The position numbers and the translations under genes are program-made. A stretch of DNA of 61,071 nt, counting the filler, from Sphacelaria rigidula (lineage: Eukaryota): NCBI GenBank assembly GCA_964200075.2. It is 7 parts of 7 records of this genome, joined end to end, with 100 filler letters (N's around TTAATTAATTAA, not from the genome) between each part and the next. Parts side by side here need not be neighbours in the genome. Positions count along the whole stretch, not along the records: positions 1 to 8,640 come from CAXNAA020010511.1; positions 8,741 to 17,380 come from CAXNAA020010512.1; 5 more parts are not named here. The stretch is one strand, 5' to 3'. Position 1 is the stretch's first letter. The number at the start of each line of letters is the position of its first letter. Under the pieces are notes generated by a model. That model saw only the letters and a program-made list of their open reading frames with translations. It was not told the DNA's origin and searched no databases. Below are positions 1 to 11,818 of this stretch, piece after piece.

Positions 1-1294
1 GTGACCATTGACCACGCATCCCTTTCGAGACGGAGGAGGGAGGGGGGGGGGGGGGGGGACTCATTTGTTTTTGCCTTAGTCGTTTGGCCATTGACGATGC
101 ATCCTTTTTGAGACGAAGCACCGTTCCTACTCCTAATAGAGACACCTTCAACATTTAGGTGCTCATTACGTTTCTTCCATATACTACAGTACAAAAACCT
201 TTGAATATCTCATCCCCGTCCTGTCTGGTGTGGGGGGAGATAAATGTAGGGCTCGACTCCATCTCTTCATTTCTTACATATCATGACTGTGGACATGTGC
301 TTCTTATTGTCCAACGAAGTATGGTACCCTCGTGTCCCATCCAACGCATGTACCCCCCCCCGCCCCCCACATACACACACTGATCACTCCGTATGACAGT
401 AGATGTAACAGAAGTGTGTGAAACCGATTCACGTCAAAACTCGAAACGTAGGGTCAGTGGAGAAGAAATTAAAAAAAAAACATGAAGACAAAAAAAGACA
501 AGAAAAAAACTCCATAATAATTGTATTCATCCTTTCTATCTCACTTGACGCTCGAGACGGGAGACGAGTGGAACACATCCAAACCGGTTTCCAAGCCGTG
601 ATGTGCCCTTGCGGCAGGAATCCTGGCTGAAGAAATCCATCAGACCTCAGACCTCAAGAACGGTGCGCCAACTACACCAGAATAACAAACAGCCACCGCA
701 GATTTTTGGGAACTGGCTATGTGCGGATTGCCGCACCAAAAAACTTGGGCCATACGTTTTCAGCCGGAGCAGAGGTGCCCCCCCCGAAAAACAAATCATG
801 ACCCGCACACTTTTCCCCCCCTCATTTTCGGCCCTCCAGGGTGGGGGGTGTACTCATGGTTCTGCATGCCCTAGCCGTGGAATCATTGACCTCGCATCCC
901 TACGAAGCCGGAACGGCACACGCCAGTTTTTCGGGGGATCAGACTCGCAATCAATCACCAAGCGCGAAGGGCCGTGATGTGTTCGGCGAGTGGCTTGAGG
1001 GGTGAGCTACACCCTGCTGAGATTGTTCGGCCCAAGGCGTACTGATTATCTTAAATGTGTGACAGCCTCGAATGATTTACTTCATCTTCTGGTCAGCCAC
1101 GGGAATACACTGCCTCATGGGTGTCTCACCATAAAAACACGACGTAGTACACTCAGTCCCTTTGCGCGGAGTTGAGGTTCTCTCACCCCACACACTTTAG
1201 TATGACATGAGTCGACCACCGTCGTGGGTACCTCAGAAAAAAAAGCAAGTTCGGTTCCTGGAGGGGGGGGGGGGGGGGCATACTAACTCCTCTA

Positions 1295-1730
1295 TATTCT
1301 AGCTGGGGCAGGTTACTTCATTCAAAAGTAGGTGAACCAAGTCACTTGATCGTAGAATAGCTTAGTCACTTGGAACTACGTATGGGTGAACCAAGTCACT
1401 TGATCGTAGAATAGCTTAGTCACTTGGAACTACGTATGGGTGAACCAAGTCACTTGATATTAGACTAGCTGGGGCAGGTTACGTTACTCAAGCCTAGGAA
1501 GGCAAGTTACTTAAACTGAGTATGGGTGAAACAAGTCACTTGATATTAGACTAGCTGGGTGCAGGTTACTTTATTCAAGATTAGGGAGACAAGGTACTTA
1601 AACTAAGTATAGATTAATCGAGTCACTTGCTGCTCTCGAAGTAGCTGACGCAAGTTGCTTGAACTGAGCATAGATGAACTTAACGATCCTACGGTTGGTG
1701 CTTGGTTAGTGAGGCAAGTTACTAGAGCTG
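1295..1730. repeat. Minisatellite, ~27/54-bp period
   Basis: GGTGAACCAAGTCACTTGAT recurs at 1331, 1385 and 1439 (54-bp spacing). Degenerate AGTCACTT/AAGTTACTT half-units continue to ~1730. Confidence 0.85.
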
Positions 1731-1732
1731 AT

Positions 1733-1925
1733 GGCCGTGTCTTGAAAAAAAAAAAGTGGTGTCGCACTCGTGCGGTGGAATCGAATTCCCTCGTATCTGA
1801 TCAGTCCACGGCATTCATATTTTTCACATGGCTGAGAACATATAAGCCGTGAACGTCTCAGGTACGAGCGAATTCGATTCGACCGCACATTTTCGACACC
1901 GCTTTTTTTTTGGCAAGACACGGCC
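1733..1925. mobile_element. MITE with ~65-bp TIRs, PIF/Harbinger-like, inserted in the minisatellite
   Basis: GGCCGTGTCTTG...GAATCGAATTC at the left end mirrors GAATTCGATTC...CAAGACACGGCC at the right end. TGA flanks both sides (one extra T on the left), and removing the element restores the satellite unit GAGCTGAGTA. Confidence 0.75.
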
Positions 1926-2307
1926 TGAGTACGGCTGCTGCAGCGAAAGAGGCTGAAATTCGGCACTTGCGATTGTGGTGATGAGCTACATCAAGCGATG
2001 TGATTGATTGACTGTCGCACATTAACCGATCCCCGAGAGACCCTGGCATGGTCATTATCCACAATATAAATGTACCCAGGGTGAACAAAACGGAAACGCT
2101 CCCTACAAGGAAAAAAAAAGTGGGGAAAACATCACGTGCAGAGAACGGCGAAACAAGGATTTTTTCGGCCTGGTTCCCTCTGAATTCATGCCCGCAAACG
2201 AGTACAACACAGATGGCCTTGTAGCACTCCATCGTAGATGCCGTAGTGCAAATGGGATACATCACAACCGAACGACCACGACGTGTTTCACCTTCTCGCG
2301 ATATATA

Positions 2308-2907
2308 CGAGCTGGGCCAGCAGTAAATCCCACATTCGCTTTTCACACCACAAGTTCTCAAGTTTCCCAAATCAGCGCGACTTGAGCATATCACTATGAA
2401 CTGCAGACCAACCTGATAACACACGGCACCGCCGCTGAATGAAGATAAAAAAGAAAAAAAGTACTACATGATATATGACCCTGACGACGGAAGGGAAAAA
2501 AACGAGAACCTGTGGGGATTCGAACTCATGACCTCCATGATTGTAGTCTCTAGATCATTTGGATTTAAGGGATACGGCCGTGTCACACTAAAAGTGCGAC
2601 GCAAAGCCCAATTTGAGGTATTTTTGGCCGAAACTTCACCAGGATGTCGTTGACGCGGGTGCCCGTATGTGTTGGAGCGTTGTCGTCGTTTTTATTATTT
2701 TCAAGGAAGTCATAGCATTTTTCCTGTTTTTGCTGAAACTTCAAGTCGCTCTGACTTTCTGCTATTTTTTTCTCCCTCTGCACCACTCAGAGGGTTGTGC
2801 GGGTTGATGATCAAAATATCGTGTCAAAATTTCAGCGCCCAACTCTTCGAATTACCGATGACATCTCCACTCTTCGTTCAAAAATCACTGTCGGCTGGCC
2901 CAGCTCG
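2308..2907. mobile_element. Non-autonomous TIR element (TA|CGAGCTGGGCCAGC family; Tc1/mariner-like TA target)
   Basis: 14-bp TIR CGAGCTGGGCCAGC / GCTGGCCCAGCTCG, with TA on the left and TG on the right. The body aligns by eye with 40346-41497. Confidence 0.8.
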
Positions 2908-3792
2908 TGCGCCACGAAAAGAAGCTATCAACTCGTCCAACTCGCACATCAACAAAAAATATCAGAAAAAAACATCTTCCGGCCCGCCAAGGAGGAGGGG
3001 GGGGGGGAACCGTACTCATTTCTTGCTTGCCCTAGTTATTTGATCATTGACCGCGCATTCCTCGCGAGACGTGGCACCGTTCCTACTCCTAACAGAGACA
3101 CCTCCAAAATTAGGGCGCTCATAAAGTTTTTTTACATACGTTGCAGGATAAACTTTTCCATATCTTATCCCCTTCCTGTTTCGCCGTCTGTGGCCACCAT
3201 ACATCTCCTAGTATAGTCTAGTGATTGTTTCCTTGCTGCTGACTGATGTATCTGATTCACTGAACGATTTTCATGTCACATTCGTTTACTTCCCTCTTCT
3301 CTTTAACACGTCCCGTTCCTCCTTGTATACTTTACATTCTCTCATTATATGCATGATTTCTACTTTGTTGCTTTGCCACATGGGCAATTCTGTGCCCTCA
3401 CTCCCTCTTCCACCCGACTAATGCTATACCCCTTGGGGTTGGCGGGTGGGGGGGGGAGAACAAGAGCCTATTGTGGGGACACCCCTCGCCGAAATCGAAG
3501 ACAAATTGCGCGGCTGCGTTTTCGCCGAAGAAGAAATTTTCATGTAGGCAACCCAACTTTTACAAGTTTTTTTTTGCGCATCTTACAGGTTATATTGAGC
3601 TGAAACCTTCGTATTTTTTTCTTCCCGCAGCCCCTACGAGGGCGGCACCCTCCGGGGCGCGCGTATCGCCTGCTGCTCTTTTCTGCGCTAGCGCCCCGGG
3701 ACGTTTGCAACTCTGCTGTGTGGCACTAGAGTACTGTACTGTACGTTGGTACTACTTGTATAATGTAGGATGCGGTACGGGGGGACGACAGG

Positions 3793-4020
3793 TTACAGGG
3801 TATGACACCCCCTCTCCCCGTGATGATGTTTTTTTCGGGAGTCGACATTCTCCAAATCTGCTGCTGCCGCTGCCGCCACGCTGTCCTCAGTTGCATCGTT
3901 TGCCAAGATGTCGTCAATATCATATCGGTAAGCGGGGCATCCGTTGAGTGCGGGTTCTGCTTTATCAGGCAAGATGGACGTTGAATAATTTTCCAGCCAG
4001 GTGTGCTGATATTCCGTCAC
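3793..4020 (-). CDS. Probable exon of an unidentified minus-strand gene (VTEYQHTWLENYSTSILPDK...)
   Basis: Pyrimidine-rich acceptor ...ctctacttgccgtgtAG precedes an open, non-repetitive frame. The 3' boundary is uncertain and no family is recognised. Confidence 0.45.
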   Translation of the reverse strand: MTEYQHTWLENYSTSILPDKAEPALNGCPAYRYDIDDILANDATEDSVAAAAAADLENVDSRKKHHHGERGCHTL

Positions 4021-5052
4021 CTACACGGCAAGTAGAGCACAGTGCGGTCATTTTATTTTCTCTGCGCTTAGTCGAGAACTACCGTCCTCGCCGCGGGGAC
4101 AACAGTAAGTAGAACTGTCTGTACCATGCTGTACTGTACTGTATATTGTATTGTGGTATCTCAACGGAAGCTAGAAAGACGGTTCGCGGTGCGTTTGTCC
4201 TGCGCGTCTGTCCGTGTTCCGCACGGCAGTTATAAACAGCTGACAGCTGGACACAATAAGGTATACGCTTGCCGCGAAGATCTGCTTCCTCTGTGAGGAG
4301 ACGGTTATGAAGGATGCATGGTACTGGACGTTACTACTGACTTCCAGCATGTGTGTAACTGATGTCTGCTCTCCCGACGCTGACTGTTGTTACTGTCCGG
4401 ATCAGTACAGTATTGGTATTACAGCACAGCGCAGCTCAGCATAGTACACGCTTCCTATGAATACGACGCTGCGTACACCTTTCCTGGGTAAAAAATGTGC
4501 ATCAGCCCCAGTAGAACGGTACATGATGCATCACGAAGACCGCGATTCTGAGCGCGGTTGAGTTTAAAACAACCATCCGTGCATTGACTTCGAGTTCAAC
4601 CTCCCACGGTTGTTTTTGGGTGCATCTTGAGATGTACTATCGTATACTAGTACAGACAACAGCAGTGCAGTAACAACTGATAGTACACGTACACGTAACA
4701 CTATTAGTAAGATGTAGTCTTGAATTCTACCGTACTGTGCACTGACCTACGGGATACTGTCTTGTCTGTGCTCCGGCCAGCAAGCCTCCGTCTGATTTGA
4801 AACATCAACAAGCTTCCGGAGACATTAAAGAAAACCAGTCATGACGCACACTGTCAATTCAAGTAGGAGACTCCTTCACGTGACAGGGATGGTACTGTCT
4901 GTACTGCCTCTACTGCAAGATGATGCATGCTTCCATCGCATTACCTGATCTGGGGTATAGTGTTTGGTCCGTTCTTCTACAACAGTAGCTGACACTACGC
5001 TACCGTCTGGTTATGAAATATAAAAAATGCACCAAGCCACACCCACACTCAC

Positions 5053-5112
5053 CCGCTCATGAGCCTGCATATCTCGCAGCTCTGCCCACACGGGGTGCTC
5101 ATTTTCTTCCAT
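5053..5112 (-). CDS. Putative first coding exon (MEENEHPVWAELRDMQAHER) of the minus-strand gene
   Basis: ATG, 20 codons, then a strong phase-0 donor CGG|GTGAGT, in unique sequence. Confidence 0.4.
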
Positions 5113-5490
5113 ATGCTCGTCCTTTATCCCCCGTCTTCTGTACACCGTGCTGTCCCATAAAGACACGAGACGCGAGACGGCGGAACTAGGCTACTACAAC
5201 GACCACATCAAATATGCGGTGAAACTCGCGGCCAATAACATTACCCTATCAAGATACTATTCCGAAATGTGTTGTTGCGGAAGTTGTGATGTTGTGATGT
5301 GGTGATGCCGGGGACTACGCACTGAGTGTATCGTACTGTTCACTATATCAGCAGCGTATCGCCTATAAGCAAGGCGTATATCAGAGTATTCTCCTCTATA
5401 AGTCTACGTTCATCAAAGCAAGCCGTCTGCACTTTCAGGCAGGCGTTGTGTAACACAAGGTTGTAGTTGGTTTGACGTTTTTGATGTGTG

Positions 5491-5670
5491 ATGAGACTGC
5501 TGGTGACCGTCGGTTGTTGTAGTTATGTAGCAACATGCTGGTGCGTGTCCGGCGTGTCAGCGTTTGTAGCTACGGCCGGTAGCGGTGGCAGCAGCAGGAG
5601 GGGGACGATTTGTTCTTCGTTCAGGATCAAGCAGAACGTTCGCGCTGCCAAATCGCTGCCTATTTCCATG
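5491..5670 (+). CDS. First exon of a probable plastid-targeted protein (signal peptide + SA-F motif + transit peptide)
   Basis: MRLLVTVGCCSYVATCWCVSGVSA|FVATAGSGGSSRRGTICSSFRIKQNVRAAKSLPISM has a hydrophobic N-terminus, an ASAFAP-like cleavage site with Phe at +1, and a Ser/Arg-rich transit region with no acidic residues. It ends in donor ATG|GTGAGG. Downstream exons were not identified. Confidence 0.7.
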
Positions 5671-7220
5671 GTGAGGAATCCCGCACCAGCGAGTTGAACA
5701 TCCCGCAGCCTCTGTAGTACAGTACATGTACACGTACTGTACCCTAGTGCCCCCACACGGGAACAGACAGCTGTACGGTATCGTGGGCTCTCAACCACCT
5801 CTCCTCCAATGGTTTGACCATTTTTGTGCCTGCTACGCAGTGCTTCCTTCGTAGCTCGGAGCCGCTCCTTGTGCCGCCATTCTTGGGCCTCTCACATGTT
5901 ATATTTTTTTGCCATGAAGGGGGAAGCATACGGAGTGTAACACCCCATGACTAGGTGTTTCAACTCTCGATTTCGTACACCTTGCGGGGCCTATACCACC
6001 CCGCCAAAGAGGCTAGTATCGATAAATAAATCTTGCCAAGGTAATTCGATATAACATACAACCAGATTCTTGTGAGAGTCGACCATTTCTTACGGTTCGT
6101 ATTTTTTGGGGATATCTTTTTCCACTTTTTGGCCCCCGAATAAAGAATATCATAATCATACGTCTTGGACACTTTGCATCACCCCACCCAAGAGGAGCGT
6201 AGCCCACTTTTCCCGTTAGCTTGGTTCCAAAGTTTCAGGAAAGGCATCAGGACAAGAATACGGCTTAAAAATATGCGGTATCTACAGACACCGCATTGTC
6301 CATTCTAGCTGTATTTTTGTCCAGAGGCCGGTCTCGAAACCTCGGAACCAAGCGAACCGGAAACATGGGCTACACTCCTCTCGGTGGGCCGATACAAAGT
6401 GTCCAAAACGTGTGATGGCGATATCCCCTATTTGGGGGCCAAGAAGTGTGTCAAATGTCCCCAAAATGGAAAATACGACTCCCCAAAAAGCACGAAGCGT
6501 AAGAAACGGTCTTGTTATAGTGGTCCTGCTTGATATAAAATCGAAGCCACAAAAACCTTCTGCATGCTACCTCCCCTCACCTTTCTGGATACCGGTACAT
6601 CCATGTTGCAGAACTGTACCGTACTTTGTTTTCTGTTCTTACTGTTCTTACTTCTAAATCCTCCACTTATTCGGGACGAGTCCGTCATCTCAAGAGATCA
6701 ACCCATCCCTCCCCCGGTAGTGCTGTCTTGTGATATATGAAACCCCTTTAGCGCCCGCGGTAAATTGGTGGGTCTACACAGTCCCACCAATTCTTGGAGG
6801 ATGGCAATCATGTAGGCGTAGATGACCGCTAGCTGGCCGTCCGACCGCTTGACAGATGTTCTCTCGTGCGTTCTTTCCGACACATGAAATCGCGGCGTAA
6901 CATGACTGAAGGGGCGGGTCGGGATCTCTGTCAGCCGTCTACATCGAATCACCGCTCAACTACATTCTTCAGCTGTTCAATAATAAAGAGTTGTGTGTGT
7001 TGGCAAATATGTTTTCACTACTGCTGGTATTATCACAGCGTCTGTATTGGTCAGTTTACAATCAGACGGCAATGCCACTGGCCCCCGCGATTGTGTAATA
7101 ATTCTGAGAATTTCCGTCCCATCGATCTTTCAAAATGTTCTGACAGTCCCGTTTGAAAAGTGCACATCGACTGCCGCCCCTAAAAAGTGATTTTACTGTG
7201 ATATATACTTCGTATATATT

Positions 7221-7824
7221 CTTCCTCTGTCCCATAAGCAAAGTCCGTTATGGGGGATAAGCCGTACCTCGCCAACGGAGGTGCTTGCGATGTTGTGGCT
7301 AGGTTCGTTGAAAATATATAGCTGTGGAGATGGCCACTGGAAAAAACAAAAATAAAATAACCGATCCACAACCTTAGAATCATTGAGTCAAACATGATAA
7401 AATTTCAACCAATTTTCGCCAATCCGAACATTGTCGGCCGAATTTCGACCAATTTGGCTTGTTTAGAAGTAATCAAAAGCTGCCATGTTAACGAGTGGTT
7501 TCGGACCAGGCGTAGCTATCGTATGCCAGCGATGAATCGGAGAAAAAGAGCCGGTTATACTTTTTTTCGCGATTTTCGCCGTTTTTCGGGTTTCCAGGGT
7601 TCTTCCCTGTGTTACGGAAAAGGGTCGAAATATGGCCATTTTCGAGCCGACTGATCGTTTATCGGTCATTCGCACACGCTGGCTACTGCGCCAACAGAAA
7701 AAAAAAGGCGCGATTCAACTAAAAAAACACTGAATATTAAATATATATATCGCCTACGGCATTGGACACGGTTAAGGGTCCGTGTGATCATAACGGACTT
7801 AATATATATGTGGGACAGAGGAAG
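7221..7824. mobile_element. Stowaway/mariner-like MITE
   Basis: TIR CTTCCTCTGTCCCA / TGGGACAGAGGAAG followed by TA. It resembles the Stowaway terminus CTCCCTCCGTCCC. A related right end lies at ~15500-15567. Confidence 0.65.
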
Positions 7825-8640
7825 TATGCTGAATACTGAAACCAGTCGATCAAGCCGTTGAGAACATTCCATGGAAAAGCGACGAGTGGTACGCCTCCGC
7901 ACGTGCAAGAGCTATTTGCCCTGCAGGGTCGCTTCTGGTATACCTCACTTCTCGGAGAAATTCCACCGAGATTTTTTTTTTTCCCCTTCTCAACCCGCGT
8001 CTTCCGCGATTCCGGAAGTTGGCAAGAGCTGAGCAGTAGTACGGGTAGCCCTGGCTTTGTCCGACCCAGCAAGCTAAGCAGCACTAGAATCGGGTGCGTT
8101 TTTGAAGAGATACATCGGTTCTGCCATGGGGTTACCCAAGTGTACAAATTATTTATTTTGTCCTGAAACCGTCCGACCACACCTACAAATTCAAATATAG
8201 ACCGCCAAAACGATCGTCAGAAATGAAAGCGTTTGCGGTCACTTCCTGCTAGATCACACGGCGTAGCTCACACAATACTTTCACTATTTTGCAAACCGAT
8301 CGGAGCCACGAGTGGCCCCGCCAAGGATCGGAGATACGGATGAAAACAACACCGCAATCCGTGCAGTAGGCAACCAGATCGAATATTGTCGTCGTGACGG
8401 GTTTTGGGGGGGGGGACGCGACTGTGTTCATCCGGCAAATATGATGCACTGACCGGTTTTAAGGTGTACCATTTCCATGTAAAACACCGTGGCGCGGCGG
8501 CGCTACTGCTGTGCTTCTTTTGCCACCCCGAAAATCGATTTCCGCAATCGACACTTTCTACGATAGCCCCTGGTCCGGCGAGAACCCGGCGTGCTCCGTC
8601 CCGGCTTTGTAGGGGCGGACCCCCGATGGGGTTGGCGTCG

Positions 8641-8740
8641 NNNNNNNNNNNNNNNNNNNNNNNNNNNNNNNNNNNNNNNNNNNNTTAATTAATTAANNNN
8701 NNNNNNNNNNNNNNNNNNNNNNNNNNNNNNNNNNNNNNNN
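8641..8740. other. Artificial contig spacer (N44-TTAATTAATTAA-N44); same spacer at 17381, 26120, 34859, 43598 and 52335
   Basis: Identical 100-bp spacers with a six-frame stop linker separate blocks of 8640/8640/8639/8639/8639/8637/8637 bp. Confidence 0.97.
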
Positions 8741-10198
8741 CCAGAATCCACTGGCCTCACGCTCGATTAGAACTTCTCTTAGAGCATCCATACACGAAGT
8801 AAACAGCTGCGGCTTGTACCTTCAGGCATAGGCTACACAGCAAGGGTCATCATCCGCAGGATGCCCTTGTCCCCTGGCCATCATCCAGGATCCTACACAC
8901 ATGCTACATTTACTACGCCTTGGTGTATTTTGGCTACAGGACGGAAGTTCAAGGTTCCAGACTCGGGGGTCAGGAATGGAACGGTCGTCACTTGTACCTT
9001 GCCAGATGACCCAAGAAGTAACCAAGAAAATCACTCATCGAACACAAAAAAATCGAAGACAAAGCTCGACGCGAGAGGAAAAGAAAAGAAAAAGGGAAGG
9101 ACAAAAGAACAAAGACAAAAGCAAATCAAAACATAATGACGCAAAGGCAAAATAATCGAAACACAAAACCAGGGTCCAAAGCCCCCCAAAAAACACAAGA
9201 AAAAAAATACCAAATACCAAATACGAAAACAAAAGACGAAACAGAACATACAATCACTACAAGTACGGGGTAAATCAGTACGATAAAAAATGAATGGGGG
9301 GGGGAACATACGGGATGCCAACGACGCTACGGTGCAAGACAAGCGGCTCGAACGTGGTACACTACGCAAGGTGAAAGGGGAAGCAGACTCGGATGCGGCA
9401 TCATGAGTCATCTGCATCCCAAGCGGTGTCCGTGTTCCGTAGAACGGCTGTTTCGAGTTCGCCTTGGTCGTGTCGTTGGAGGCACCAGGATACCCTCCGA
9501 GCGGTCGGCTCCTCGGTGTAGTACGCACCATCCAAGCAAATCTTACCGGGACTCGGGTCATCGAGGAAACGGATAAAGTGGGAGTGGTCAGATGCAGGAT
9601 CGACCAAATGAATTTTACCCAACCACCACAGTGAATCCAAGGCCTTATACCAAAAGTAAGCCCTTTTCGGCAAGCATTTTCCGTGAAAAGACTGCATGTA
9701 TTGTGAACGCGAAATAAGGCTGCAGCCTGTTACAACAGACCGCGCTGAGTGTTCACGTGCCAGTTCCCGAGCGGCAGCTCCCTTGCGCATCGACCGATAT
9801 CTCGTATTCAACGAGCGGTGTTGGACGGTATCTGCTACCCGGTACAGCAACGTTTCCCGACGAAAATGACGCAAATCATCTTCACGCTCCCATGTAACGC
9901 GCGCGATACCCTTCCAATATGTTTGATACATTACCGCTATCTTACCTCCACGACCGCGAACCAGTTGATGGCCCGAAATCTTACCTACCTCAACGCGTTC
10001 CAGGGGTGCGTCCGCATCCTCGACCGTCGTATGATACGGCGGAGTTTTGATCGCATACTTGGTCAACACATACTGGCTAAGCCCTAGCAGCAGTTGTTTG
10101 GGTATGTCAGAGGAGCCAGGAGGGGGGATACACGGCTTTCATCGTAGCATCGAGACGCGATTTTTCGGTTTCAAACCAGGTTCACCCGTGGGAAAATC

Positions 10199-11818
10199 CT
10201 AATACAAAAGTTTCGCTCCCACTGGACTCTTTTCGGTCGCGGTAGTGCTTGGGCCAACAGCTAAAATTTCCCAAGGATCAGTCCAATTCAAGGATAGTTT
10301 CGCCTTCAACGCTTTGTCCAAAGATGATGATTTCGAGCTAGCCCCTTGATTGATGGTCTTCACATCGTTATACACCCATGCCCATTGGCCTACCTTCCAC
10401 ACCGGGCGGTTATGTACCACATCATCCAACATCGAGTTCGCCCCGGCCACCTTGGCCAAATTGATTTGGTTCTGTTCTCGTACCACTTCATATGCAAGAC
10501 GAAGACGATTGCTAACCGACAAATGATACTCTACAACATCACGATCCAGACTCTGATGCCCTCCTGTATTTTTGCGTTCGAATACCGTTAAAGGTAACCT
10601 AGGCGTGCGTCCAATATGAATTTCATTTGGCGACAAGCCCATAGCGGCATTGACTGAATTGTTATAGTTCATTTGGATAAGGGGCAGGTGTAGATCCCAG
10701 TCCATCTGTCTCTCATTTGCTACAGCAGCAAGCATCTGTGCCATCGTATGGTTCACTCGTTCCGTTCCACCATTGGTGGAAGGGTGATATGAACTGGTAA
10801 AAATGCGATGGGCACCCAAAAGGTCACTGACGGCGGCTGAAAGTTTGCCTGAAAAATGCGGGCCGTTGTCAGACAGTAAGCGTTTGAGCACACCCCACTG
10901 TTGGATGTACAAGTATACAAGAATGTTGGCGGTACCTTCCGCGTTATAACTACTGGCGGGGACAGCGTGCATCACCGCATGTCGACTAAATCTATCCGCA
11001 AACAACAAAATATACTTGTTCCCACTATCCGTCAGGGGCAAAGGACCAAAATAGTCCCACGAAACTACTTCACCAGGCCCGTTTAGGAGTGGCATGGAAA
11101 CTATCGGCCAACGAACTGTTTGACGAGAACTTTTTCGCGCCTGACACAAAAGACAACGCCTCACCCACCAATGACAACACTGATCCATACAAATCCACCA
11201 ATAAAAACGTTCCAAGATCTGGGAGGTCCTCATGGCGCTGAAACGAGTCGATGCCTGTGAATGGCATTCGTGTAGAACCCATGTGCGCAGGAGCATCGGG
11301 ACATAGATGCGGATGGGTTCATCACCTAGCAAGCGGGCATGTCGACTTGCAGGCTTTCCCCTGGTGAGGGCTGCTGTGGGCCGGCGAACAAACAGAACTA
11401 TACCATCATCATCCGTATGTAGCATACCTTTCCTTGAAAGTTCAGTAACTCCATCCTGGGTGGGCGCTTTGAGAGTCCCGACTGGCAAAGGGAATTCGGT
11501 TTCTGAGAATGGACATGGTTGACCTTTAGATCGATAATTGATAGCTGATTTACAAGCAGGTTCTGCCTGCTGTTTGCGGGCCCAATCGGCGTGGGAGAAG
11601 AGATACAAACATTCCTTGAGTACGCCATCTGTTGGAGCGTCTACTTCGTGTTGGGTCGGTTCGGGGTGCGGTTGGCACGATGCGGTGATTTCGGAATCAA
11701 GGGTGAGCCTACCAGTTGGTGTACTGTCAGACGGAACGTTAACGTCTACTCCTGCGTCGATTAGCGTGGATGGTGTTGTGGTGGTGTTTGCAATATCATC
11801 ACCGAGGGAGGGGGTCAT
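10199..11818 (-). pseudogene. Gypsy integrase segment (Zn finger, DDE core, GPY/F-like)
   Basis: HECH...CLLC; D(SWDYF), D(LSDNG), E(GTERV); NWTDPWEIL. Confidence 0.92.

Noticed and set aside
1295-1730. CRISPR-like spacing of AGTCACTT repeats
   Set aside because: The intervening sequences are themselves repeated, there are no unique spacers or cas genes, and the context is eukaryotic. It is an ordinary minisatellite; the same applies to 35460-35745 and 52945-53355.
3990-4290. T-box-like motif (QIFAVTEYQ vs QFIAVTAYQ)
   Set aside because: The match is short, depends on a speculative splice, and no other T-box residues are present.
8685-8696. Regularly spaced TTAATTAATTAA motif every ~8.74 kb
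   Set aside because: It lies inside N runs and is an artificial six-frame stop linker. The similar TTAA runs at 40610-41000 belong to an AT-rich array.
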